Shown here: piece by piece, positions 18,825-25,628 of the stretch | How the letters are laid out: each line of letters begins with the position of its first letter | How positions within the stretch are numbered: position 1 is the stretch's first letter | Origin: a virus | Lineage: Duplodnaviria > Caudoviricetes | Strand: one strand, 5' to 3' | Virus record (IMG/VR): IMGVR_UViG_3300031992_000067 | Span: 1-64,000 of that record | Length of the DNA: 64,000 bases | Program-made: the position numbers and the translations under genes | The notes under the pieces: generated by a model | Database searches by the model: none | What the model was told of the DNA's origin: nothing | What the model saw: the letters and a program-made list of their open reading frames with translations, nothing else

Positions 18825-19588
18825 TGGACAACAGGTTCAAGCCTATAGGCGGAATGTTTCAGGGTGTTCGAGGCTCGACCGTTGAAGGCGGGTCTGCCAA
18901 GCACGCCTCCAAGCTGGTGAAGCTCAACGGTTCTGGACTTGTGGACGTGTCATGCCTCCCTGAAGGCGTAAAGGAGGCGTCAAAGCTGGCAGCTGACCTG
19001 GAGGCTGAAATTAGCGCCAGAAAAGAGGGTGACATAGACCTTTCGCTCCGCCAGGAGACGTATGAGAGCGCCGTTGCGGCCAAATTTGACCAAGTTGACG
19101 CTGGATTGTTGGATAACGCCCACGACATTGGCTGCCTTTCCGAAAAGCAGTCAGATGACATGTCCTCCGTGAACGGCAGATTTGACAGCGTGGAATCCAG
19201 AGTGTCAAATGTGGAGGATCAGTCCGATAGGAACTCAGACGATATTTCAGCCCTTGGCAACCGGGTGTCAGGCGATGAAACCCGAGTACAGTCCCTGGAA
19301 GGGTCGGTCGCATCGCTGGATGGAAGAATGGACACCGCAGAGTCAGAGATATCGCAGCTTAGACGCGTTTCCGACTCCATAGCCTCTGACATCAGCACCG
19401 TTATGACACAGGTTTCCACGTGGGTAAACGGCCTTAACGACCTTACTCGCGACATGGCCGGGGTGAAGTCGGAACTCGCGGCGTTTGAAGAGAGCACAAG
19501 AGGCCAGTTTGACACGGTAACAATGGCAATAAACGACTTGAACCAGAGAATTTCCGATCTTTACAAGCGGTTGTTCCCGGACGGGTGA
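18824..19588 (+). CDS. Long coiled-coil (fibre/needle-like) protein
   Basis: Heptads such as VESRVSNVE, VQSLEGSVASLDGRMDTAESEISQL. Confidence 0.65.
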   Translation: MDNRFKPIGGMFQGVRGSTVEGGSAKHASKLVKLNGSGLVDVSCLPEGVKEASKLAADLEAEISARKEGDIDLSLRQETYESAVAAKFDQVDAGLLDNAHDIGCLSEKQSDDMSSVNGRFDSVESRVSNVEDQSDRNSDDISALGNRVSGDETRVQSLEGSVASLDGRMDTAESEISQLRRVSDSIASDISTVMTQVSTWVNGLNDLTRDMAGVKSELAAFEESTRGQFDTVTMAINDLNQRISDLYKRLFPDG

Positions 19589-19595
19589 CTTAGAG

Positions 19596-19943
19596 ATGTA
19601 CTCGCGTGTTTTTAGCCATGCTTCGCTTGAAAAAAGAGAGCTTAAAAGACTGTTTATCCTAAAGTTCAGAGCCATGCACGACGTTAACCACATGACGTGG
19701 GACGACTGCGCTTCGGTTTACGAGTCTGAGACGGGCGAGCCAATTTCAGGCAACAAACTGCGCCTGAAGGTGAAAAGGGCGGCCAAGGACGCAGGTTTCG
19801 TGCATATTTCCGAGTTTCCGGAAAAAATCGTGGTGTCTGTGTTCGAGCTGTCGTTTTTTGGGTGTTTTTGGTGCGCTGTCCGGAAATTTTTCGCTAAAAT
19901 CGGTGATTTTTGGAGAAAAACCGGGAAATTGGTGCAAAAATGA
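19596..19943 (+). CDS. Hypothetical basic, possibly HTH DNA-binding protein
   Basis: MTWDDCASVYESETGEPISGNKLRLKVKR helix-turn-helix-like; C-terminus runs into the A-tract region. Confidence 0.45.
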   Translation: MYSRVFSHASLEKRELKRLFILKFRAMHDVNHMTWDDCASVYESETGEPISGNKLRLKVKRAAKDAGFVHISEFPEKIVVSVFELSFFGCFWCAVRKFFAKIGDFWRKTGKLVQK

Positions 19944-20017
19944 CCATTTTTGACCTAAAAACAGGCAAAAATCATGAAAAATTCGGCGAAAACGTAGCTT
20001 TTGCCGAAAATTTCATG
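19854..20017. repeat. Helically phased A/T tracts (~10.4-bp period) ending in a dyad
   Basis: Tracts start at 19854, 19865, 19884, 19896, 19906, 19916, 19926, 19936, 19946, 19958, 19968, 19978, 19989, 19999, 20007. Confidence 0.85.
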
Positions 20018-20479
20018 TCTTACGGCATCCCAGACGTCGCCGAACTCATATCACGCGCCGAAAAATACAAGCTGAAGCACCGCGAAGTGTTAAACGAGTT
20101 CACGTACGAGCAGATTTGCGACGAATTCAATGGAGTTGGGCCCGACAGATGGTCGCAGGAGCTTCGTGACATACTGTCCTGGGTGTTCCAGGACGTGCTG
20201 GAAGCCGTGATGGTGCATGACATGGACTACGTCAAGGGCGGAACGCACGAGGAGTTTCTTGAGGCCAACGCCGTGTTGGCCAAGAATGTGCGCCGCCTGG
20301 CGCGTAAAAAATACCACTGGTGGCAGGCGCGCCGTTATTTTCTTTACGTTTCATCCGTCAAGATGGAGCAGTTGACCAACGAGTTCGGCTGGGAAGGCTG
20401 GAACAAGACGGATGACGTTGAGTCTGGTTTCTGCGCGGATAGTTCAACAAAGGCGTATGCGACGACCTATGACGTCTAG
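20015..20479 (+). CDS. PLA2-like/DUF1353-like protein (NGxG...HDxxY motif)
   Basis: CDEFNGVGP...AVMVHDMDYVKGG; probable start ATG 20015 just after the A-tract region. Confidence 0.55.
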   Translation: MSYGIPDVAELISRAEKYKLKHREVLNEFTYEQICDEFNGVGPDRWSQELRDILSWVFQDVLEAVMVHDMDYVKGGTHEEFLEANAVLAKNVRRLARKKYHWWQARRYFLYVSSVKMEQLTNEFGWEGWNKTDDVESGFCADSSTKAYATTYDV

Positions 20480-20598
20480 GAATCTGCAGCTCTACTAGAC
20501 GGGGTTTGGCGCATATGCACGGAGAACGCCCTGAGGTTCCGGAGCCGACGGGAGATCTGGGGTGAAAAGCCCCACGCCTGCCTTTTGGAGGTAAAAAC

Positions 20599-21372
20599 AT
20601 GCTGATTGACAAGATAAAGCTACTTTGGAACATGCTGGTGGGCAAGGCGAAGCTCACGAGCCGCAAGGACACCGCCGTGGTGTGCGTGGGCATGCAGACG
20701 TCGGCAAAGTACGGTGCATGCCCCGGCGCGCAGGTGGATTCGACGTCAATGGCTAGCAGGCTTGGAAAGTACGGGTCGGTTACGCTTCTGCAAAGCCGTA
20801 ACGCCACTACGACAGCCGTGTCAGAAGCGCTTAGAGGCGCTTTGGAGAAGGACCTTTGCATATTCTATTATTCCGGACACGGTGGCCAGCGTAGGGACCC
20901 GAAGGGGGAAAACGGCATGTCTGAGTTCCTGTGCCTGAACAACGGCCCGCTGCCCGACTACGAGATTTGGAACATGGTATCAAAGGCCAAGGGTAGGGTC
21001 GTGATGATATTCGACTGCTGCCACTCGGCAACCATGTTCAGGGAGGCCACAGCAAGCAGCGACGTGGAACAGCCAGAGGTAGTAAACCTCGGATTTCGGT
21101 TCAAGATGCTGGAAGGAGTGGCGACGGCCAGAGACAACTCCGAAGTGGAGGCAGCAAAGAGCCACGGCATCCTGGTGTGGTCCGGGTGTCCGGCAAATAG
21201 CTACTCATACGGGGACGACAACGGAGGCGTGCTGACCAACGGCATCAAAAAAGGCATGAAGTCAGGCGCCACGTACGACAGCGTGTGGGAGACGGCCAAG
21301 AAGGCCGCCAAGAGCCAAAACCCCGTGAGGACCGTCATCGGGTCAGGATTTGACGGACTTGTCTTCAGATAG
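20599..21372 (+). CDS. Caspase-family (peptidase C14, metacaspase-like) protease
   Basis: FYYSGHGGQ (catalytic His) and IFDCCHSA (catalytic Cys); WSGCPANSYS..GGVLT; SD GGAGG. Confidence 0.9.
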   Translation: MLIDKIKLLWNMLVGKAKLTSRKDTAVVCVGMQTSAKYGACPGAQVDSTSMASRLGKYGSVTLLQSRNATTTAVSEALRGALEKDLCIFYYSGHGGQRRDPKGENGMSEFLCLNNGPLPDYEIWNMVSKAKGRVVMIFDCCHSATMFREATASSDVEQPEVVNLGFRFKMLEGVATARDNSEVEAAKSHGILVWSGCPANSYSYGDDNGGVLTNGIKKGMKSGATYDSVWETAKKAAKSQNPVRTVIGSGFDGLVFR

Positions 21373-21395
21373 GTTCAAATCAAACCAAATATCAC

Positions 21396-21425
21396 GGCCG
21401 TCCTTCGCAAGAGGGGCGGCCTTTT
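21396..21425 (+). terminator. Rho-independent terminator
   Basis: GGCCGTCCTTC-GCAA-GAGGGGCGGCC-TTTT. Confidence 0.85.
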
Positions 21426-21441
21426 AAGTTATTGACAGGTT

Positions 21442-21470
21442 GTAAACATATTGTAGAAAAAGGTTATAAC
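21442..21470 (+). promoter_or_regulatory. Early-type promoter (GTTATAA class)
   Basis: GTTATAA at 21463-21469, 5 nt between the TATAAC box and ATG 21476; a TTGACA also at 21432. Confidence 0.55.
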
Positions 21471-21475
21471 AAAGT

Positions 21476-22114
21476 ATGAACACACTGTTAGCTCCCTCTG
21501 AGCCCGACGAGGTTAAACTCGGGCAAGTCCGTCAATTCTCGTTCGAAGGCAAAACCGCTCTCGGCTTGGTTTTCCGGGAGTGGATTAAAGAAGACGGTGA
21601 CCCGGGAATTTGGCTGGTGTGCCCGGTAAAGGACATTGAGGAAAGCGGAGACGAAGACCCCACAGGGATTTCCGTCTACGCCCAGGGCGCGAACCCGATT
21701 GAGACCATTTTCGGGCTTACCGGCTGGGACGGCGGCTACGCCATGCCGTACCTTGGCGGAACCGTTGATGGGGAAATCATTCTCAAGACTCCAATTGTTG
21801 GTACTGTAATACCGGAAACGGTTGACCAGTGCTGGCGGTTGTTCCGGTCACAGTTCACCGGAAAGATGCCAGACCCTGAAAAGGATTTTTGGTACTTCTC
21901 CGAAAAGGAGCACTCGCAGTCCGACTGGGAAAAGAGTTTCATAGTCCTCTATGAACCTGATTTCTGGGAGGACGATTGGACAGAGGCCTATGAGAATGAC
22001 AGCGCAGGTCCATACGACACGACTGACAACTGGGGCCCGGTGTGCTCCGGCTGCCAGTTTTTCGGACAGTCACACAAACCCTGCGCGGCCTGCGAAAAGG
22101 CCAAAGCAGGATGA
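21476..22114 (+). CDS. Acidic hypothetical protein with C-terminal Cys cluster
   Basis: CSGCQFFGQSHKPCAAC; no SD (probably leaderless). Confidence 0.75.
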   Translation: MNTLLAPSEPDEVKLGQVRQFSFEGKTALGLVFREWIKEDGDPGIWLVCPVKDIEESGDEDPTGISVYAQGANPIETIFGLTGWDGGYAMPYLGGTVDGEIILKTPIVGTVIPETVDQCWRLFRSQFTGKMPDPEKDFWYFSEKEHSQSDWEKSFIVLYEPDFWEDDWTEAYENDSAGPYDTTDNWGPVCSGCQFFGQSHKPCAACEKAKAG

Positions 22115-22119
22115 ACAGG

Positions 22120-22157
22120 AAAATCCCCGCCGCCAAGGAGCCGGCCGGGATTTTTTT
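22120..22157 (+). terminator. Terminator hairpin
   Basis: AAAATCCC...GGGATTTTTTT. Confidence 0.65.
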
Positions 22158-22173
22158 ACCTATTGGAAAAATG

Positions 22174-22202
22174 GTTAAGATTTACCTTATACAGGTTATA
22201 AA
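22174..22202 (+). promoter_or_regulatory. Early-type promoter
   Basis: GTTAAG-17 nt-TATAAA. Confidence 0.6.
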
Positions 22203-22293
22203 AAGATACCCAAGGAGCTTTCTCCATTGTACGGAGTACCCCGGTGTAAGAAAGGCGCCGGAAATTTAACCAAAGGTTCCAAGGGTCGTAATC

Positions 22294-23256
22294 ATGAACG
22301 AGAACATGAACACATACGCCCTCTCCAACCTCCCCTTCAACGGGGACCTTCTGACCTCGAAGGAGCGTGAGGTTATCGTCGAAAGCTGGGACGGGGAGGC
22401 CCAGCTCATCGACGACGTGGCGTCCATCCACGTCGCGGTCCATAGCGGGCAGGAGTTCCACGCCGACGAGGCGTTGGCTCTGGCTCTCCTCCGCGTCCTC
22501 TCAGGCGCGGAGATCACGTGGACTAGGACCCGTGACCCCAAGGTCCTCTCCGAGGCCGACCTCCGGGTCGACGTCGGGGAGGGTCTCCTCGACCACCACG
22601 GGGCCAGGGCCGAGGCCGGGGTAGCCGCCTGCACTCGTGTCTTCGCCCTCCTCCGCAACTCTCGCACCCAGCCCCGCGAGGTGTGGGAGGTCCTGGAGCC
22701 GGTCGTGATCGCCACGGCCGCGATGGACACCGGTATGTCCACGGTCAATGTGAACCCCTGGGTTCACGCGGCGTGCCAGGCGGCCCGCGCCCGCGGCGAG
22801 AACCCCGACGAGGCGTTCGCGAAGGTCGTTGAAAAGATGACAGAGTTCGTCGTCGACCTCGTCGAGGCGGCCCGGGCGGCGGCCAAGGCGAAGGCCGCTG
22901 CGGAGCGCGAGATGGATGAGCTTGGTGACGCTCCAATCGTCATCTTCTCCTCCGCCTCGCGTCTGGCTGACGTGAAGAAGATGATGTGGGAGAAGAAGCG
23001 CGCCTGCATCTACTTCATCAGCCCCGAGTCCGAGTCGGATTGGCGCGTCCTCTGCGCCGCCGACCCGGATAAGCCCTACAGCCCGTTCGACTCCCGCCGT
23101 CTGATCCCGGAGAAGTTCCGGGGTCTCCGCGGCGTGAGCCTTGACGAGGCCGCTGGGACGACTGGCGGCGTATTCTGCCATGCCGCCGGCTTCATCGCCG
23201 GGTTCTCCACGCGCTCGGCGGCCTTCCAGTTCGCCACGGCGTGTCTGGAGGACTAG
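22294..23256 (+). CDS. MYG1 (UPF0160) family DHH-type nuclease
   Basis: HSGQEFHADEALA, RTRD..L..AD..VDVG..LDHH, GGVFCHAAGFIAG. Confidence 0.9.
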   Translation: MNENMNTYALSNLPFNGDLLTSKEREVIVESWDGEAQLIDDVASIHVAVHSGQEFHADEALALALLRVLSGAEITWTRTRDPKVLSEADLRVDVGEGLLDHHGARAEAGVAACTRVFALLRNSRTQPREVWEVLEPVVIATAAMDTGMSTVNVNPWVHAACQAARARGENPDEAFAKVVEKMTEFVVDLVEAARAAAKAKAAAEREMDELGDAPIVIFSSASRLADVKKMMWEKKRACIYFISPESESDWRVLCAADPDKPYSPFDSRRLIPEKFRGLRGVSLDEAAGTTGGVFCHAAGFIAGFSTRSAAFQFATACLED

Positions 23257-23322
23257 CCACCGCACCCCATGCACGTGGGGGTTTCACAAACTTCAAGGCC
23301 CCGGCGCGTGCACGCCGGGAAC

Positions 23323-23354
23323 AAAAGAGGCGGCTAGTAACCGCACTCTTTTTT
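23323..23354 (+). terminator. Terminator after MYG1 gene
   Basis: AAAAGAG-GCGG-ctagtaa-CCGC-a-CTCTTTTTT; preceded by hairpin CCGGCG..CGCCGG. Confidence 0.7.
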
Positions 23355-23380
23355 ACCTTTTTGAGACATGGGTAAAATGG

Positions 23381-23409
23381 CTTAAAAAACGCATAAAATA
23401 CGTTATAAG
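23381..23409 (+). promoter_or_regulatory. Early-type promoter upstream of ncRNA candidate
   Basis: CTTAAA-17 nt-TATAAG. Confidence 0.65.
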
Positions 23410-23415
23410 TATTTA

Positions 23416-24358
23416 CACGGGGAAGATTACGCATCGGCATGGTTCGGTGACGAAACCGTTTCCCGTTGCTCTGGGGTCATCTGGAATGGGACGCACCCCG
23501 GATCCCGTGGAAGCGGGACACTTGAGAGCGGCAGGTCTGGCCGGCGAGCTCGTCGGTTAAGATAAAACTGCGTGGAGATGGATTACCACGCAGGACTTGT
23601 CGCACGCGCCCGGACGGCGCGTGACCTTCCCCCGGGTGGCGGTGAGGGGATGCCGGAATCAAGTAACCGGTATGGAGTTCAGACACGGGCTCCGGCTTGT
23701 TGTGGTTTGGCAACGCAACAGGTTATAAGTCGTGAGGGCATGGCTTAGCGACTACGTGTCTAACCTCTAAGCAGCTCCTTAATCCGGGGAGCATAGGGGC
23801 TGATCAGGGATAGCCTTCTTCCAGAGGTGCCCAGGTGGAATGACGGTCCACCGGCTGCGGATCATAACGATGGTATAACTGCCGCAGCAAAAGACTGTTT
23901 CGGGCCAAGCCTGTTTCGAAGCAGTCCACGTCATTTCAGCTTCTCGGGCCATGTGGAATTCTCGCATCCGCCCCATGGTCCATGTAAAGAGCGATCCCCC
24001 GCGCAAGTGGTTGGCAACATGCGCGGAAGGGTATGCGAGGTACGTCGGAACATCGGCAGCAATGCCATGTTTCTCGGGCGTAGGATAATTCCGGATGGGT
24101 GAGCGTCTCCCCTACCCGGGCATGCCAAAAACCCCTCGAAAGGTGAGGCTGGTTGAATGAGACGCCTGCACGGAATGTCCACGGTCCGTGCGAGTACACC
24201 GCGCCAACGGCGGTAGTGGAACGTTTTCCGGCTTAGGCCGGTAAAGCCCCAGGTCGCAAGGCCAGGGGCGAGGTGGAAGGCCAGGTGCTCCAGCGGACTT
24301 ACAGGCGCACGTTGCGTCTGGGTTTCTGGAAGCTTGGTGGCCCACTAGGCTAGTAACC
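23416..24358 (+). ncRNA. Large structured non-coding RNA candidate (GOLLD/ROOL-class)
   Basis: ~940 nt without a credible ORF, own promoter, many short helices, GNRA loops, long-range helix 23419-23425/23626-23632 and pseudoknot 24103-24109/24159-24165; family assignment not verified. Confidence 0.7.
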
Positions 24359-24377
24359 TTCATAGGAAAGGATTTTT

Positions 24378-24620
24378 ATGAAAACAACTGCGCCGTATCG
24401 CTCCTTCGGCAAGGGCAAGCCCGACAACCTCAACCGGCGTTTCGCCGACCGTACCCGTACCGAACAGGTCGAGCGGGTCTCGGAGGGTGTGGTCGTCCAC
24501 TGGGCGACCCCACGTCCGGACCGCCTGACCGAGAACAAGTCCGAGGAGGAACGCAAGTTCTTCCGGGACTTCGGTCCCAGGTACACCAAGAGGCACCCGG
24601 GGCCGCAGGCCCGCGGGTAG
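24378..24620 (+). CDS. Small basic hypothetical protein
   Basis: SD GGAAAGGA; 80 aa; codon usage like the MYG1 gene. Confidence 0.65.
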   Translation: MKTTAPYRSFGKGKPDNLNRRFADRTRTEQVERVSEGVVVHWATPRPDRLTENKSEEERKFFRDFGPRYTKRHPGPQARG

Positions 24621-24770
24621 TCGGGTGGCAGTCGGGAAAGACCGACCCCAACGTACAGGCGTTGGGGGGTGAAAGCCCCCAGATGGAAAGAAGTGCATCG
24701 TCCGTGCGCCGCATCCAGCGGTGAATACGGACGATGCACGAAGGGAGCCGCGCCTGTGAGCGTTCCTTTT
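24621..24770 (+). ncRNA. Second structured RNA element / 3' UTR ending in terminator
   Basis: CCCCAACG/CGTTGGGG, GGGGGT-GAAA-GCCCCC, 13-bp GTGCATCGTCCGT/ACGGACGATGCAC, then AAGGGA..TTCCTTTT. Confidence 0.5.
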
Positions 24771-24787
24771 ACCTGTTATCCGTGTGG

Positions 24788-24816
24788 CTTAATAAAAGGC
24801 CTAACGGAGTTATAAC
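24788..24816 (+). promoter_or_regulatory. Early-type promoter
   Basis: CTTAAT-17 nt-TATAAC. Confidence 0.65.
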
Positions 24817-24907
24817 AATTTACCGGGGCCCGACTATTACGGACTCGGCCATGCGGGTGCATGGTCAGGACGCGTAATACGGCAGGTTCCACAACCAAGG
24901 AAACACA

Positions 24908-25123
24908 ATGAAGAAACGTTTCTTCGGCCGCGCCGTACAAGACGGCGTGGTAGTTTGCGAGGGGTTTGAGATCACCCCCCGCGAACATAAGGTCGCGATC
25001 TCCCCTAGGCTCGAGGCCCAGCGCCTCATGCGTGAGCAGGCACAGCGGAGGATGTCCGCCACCACGCGCAGCAATGTCGCGTGGAAACCCATCGTCGCCA
25101 AGGTGGAGGTGCAGAATGGATAG
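24908..25123 (+). CDS. Hypothetical protein
   Basis: 71 aa, SD AAGGA. Confidence 0.65.
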   Translation: MKKRFFGRAVQDGVVVCEGFEITPREHKVAISPRLEAQRLMREQAQRRMSATTRSNVAWKPIVAKVEVQNG

Positions 25124-25538
25124 TAAGTTCTGCCCCTACTGCGGGTCGCCTCTTGCAGGCGACGGCCGCTACTGCGACGCATGCGGGAGCGAAATGCTCC
25201 CCGGCGACGCGCTGACGGCGGATCAGCTCCGTAACTGGGTGCGCCTGCCCCAGTCGGGGTTGCTCTGGGCCTTTGGGCTCGGGGCGGCCTCGGTCGGCAT
25301 CGGCTACATAATCAGCATCCTGTCCATGACGTCAGTCGGCATTATGGGCGCGATGCTGGTAATATCAGCCGGCGCGACCCTCTCGGCGGGAGTGGCCTTC
25401 GCCGGCTACCTTGTCATCCGGCACCTCTTCGGACATCTTGCGGCTCGTCCGCTTGACCGAATGCTGGGTGCGTCTCTCAGCATGGCCGCGGCCTTTGGCT
25501 TCTGGCCGCTTCTCGGGCTGCTCATGGCTGCCCTGTAA
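25116..25538 (+). CDS. Double zinc-ribbon membrane protein
   Basis: ATG 25116 after GGAGG; CPYCG..CDACG followed by about three TM segments. Confidence 0.75.
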   Translation: MDSKFCPYCGSPLAGDGRYCDACGSEMLPGDALTADQLRNWVRLPQSGLLWAFGLGAASVGIGYIISILSMTSVGIMGAMLVISAGATLSAGVAFAGYLVIRHLFGHLAARPLDRMLGASLSMAAAFGFWPLLGLLMAAL

Positions 25539-25542
25539 CACC

Positions 25543-25628
25543 GAACCGACCTAATACCTGGCGGTTCCTTAGATTAGTTCCTTCGCTGGAACGAAATCTC
25601 TGGAACTGCCACGGTATTAGGCCGGTTC
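25543..25628. repeat. 86-nt rod-like inverted repeat
   Basis: GAACCGACCTAATACC/GGTATTAGGCCGGTTC outer arms, GGCGGTTCC/GGAACTGCC, AGATT/AATCT, GTTCC/GGAAC. Confidence 0.8.

Noticed and set aside
20531-20574. FMN-riboswitch-like words (TGAGGTTCCGGAGCCGACGG; GGGGTGAAA)
   Set aside because: Elements are in the wrong order, the P5 stem cannot form, and the remaining conserved segments are absent; ykkC and c-di-AMP consensus also not met
23722-23728. Fifth GTTATAA as an internal promoter
   Set aside because: Lacks the TTAA -35 element and lies between predicted helices; likely part of the RNA
23416-24358. Group I/II intron, RNase P or SRP identity for the large RNA
   Set aside because: No interrupted host gene, no group II domain V or group I P7 consensus recognised, and no GAGGAAAGUCC-type RNase P core; cannot be fully excluded without covariance models
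23477-24363. Short ORFs in both strands of the ncRNA region
   Set aside because: No SD, atypical codon usage, no motifs, mutually overlapping
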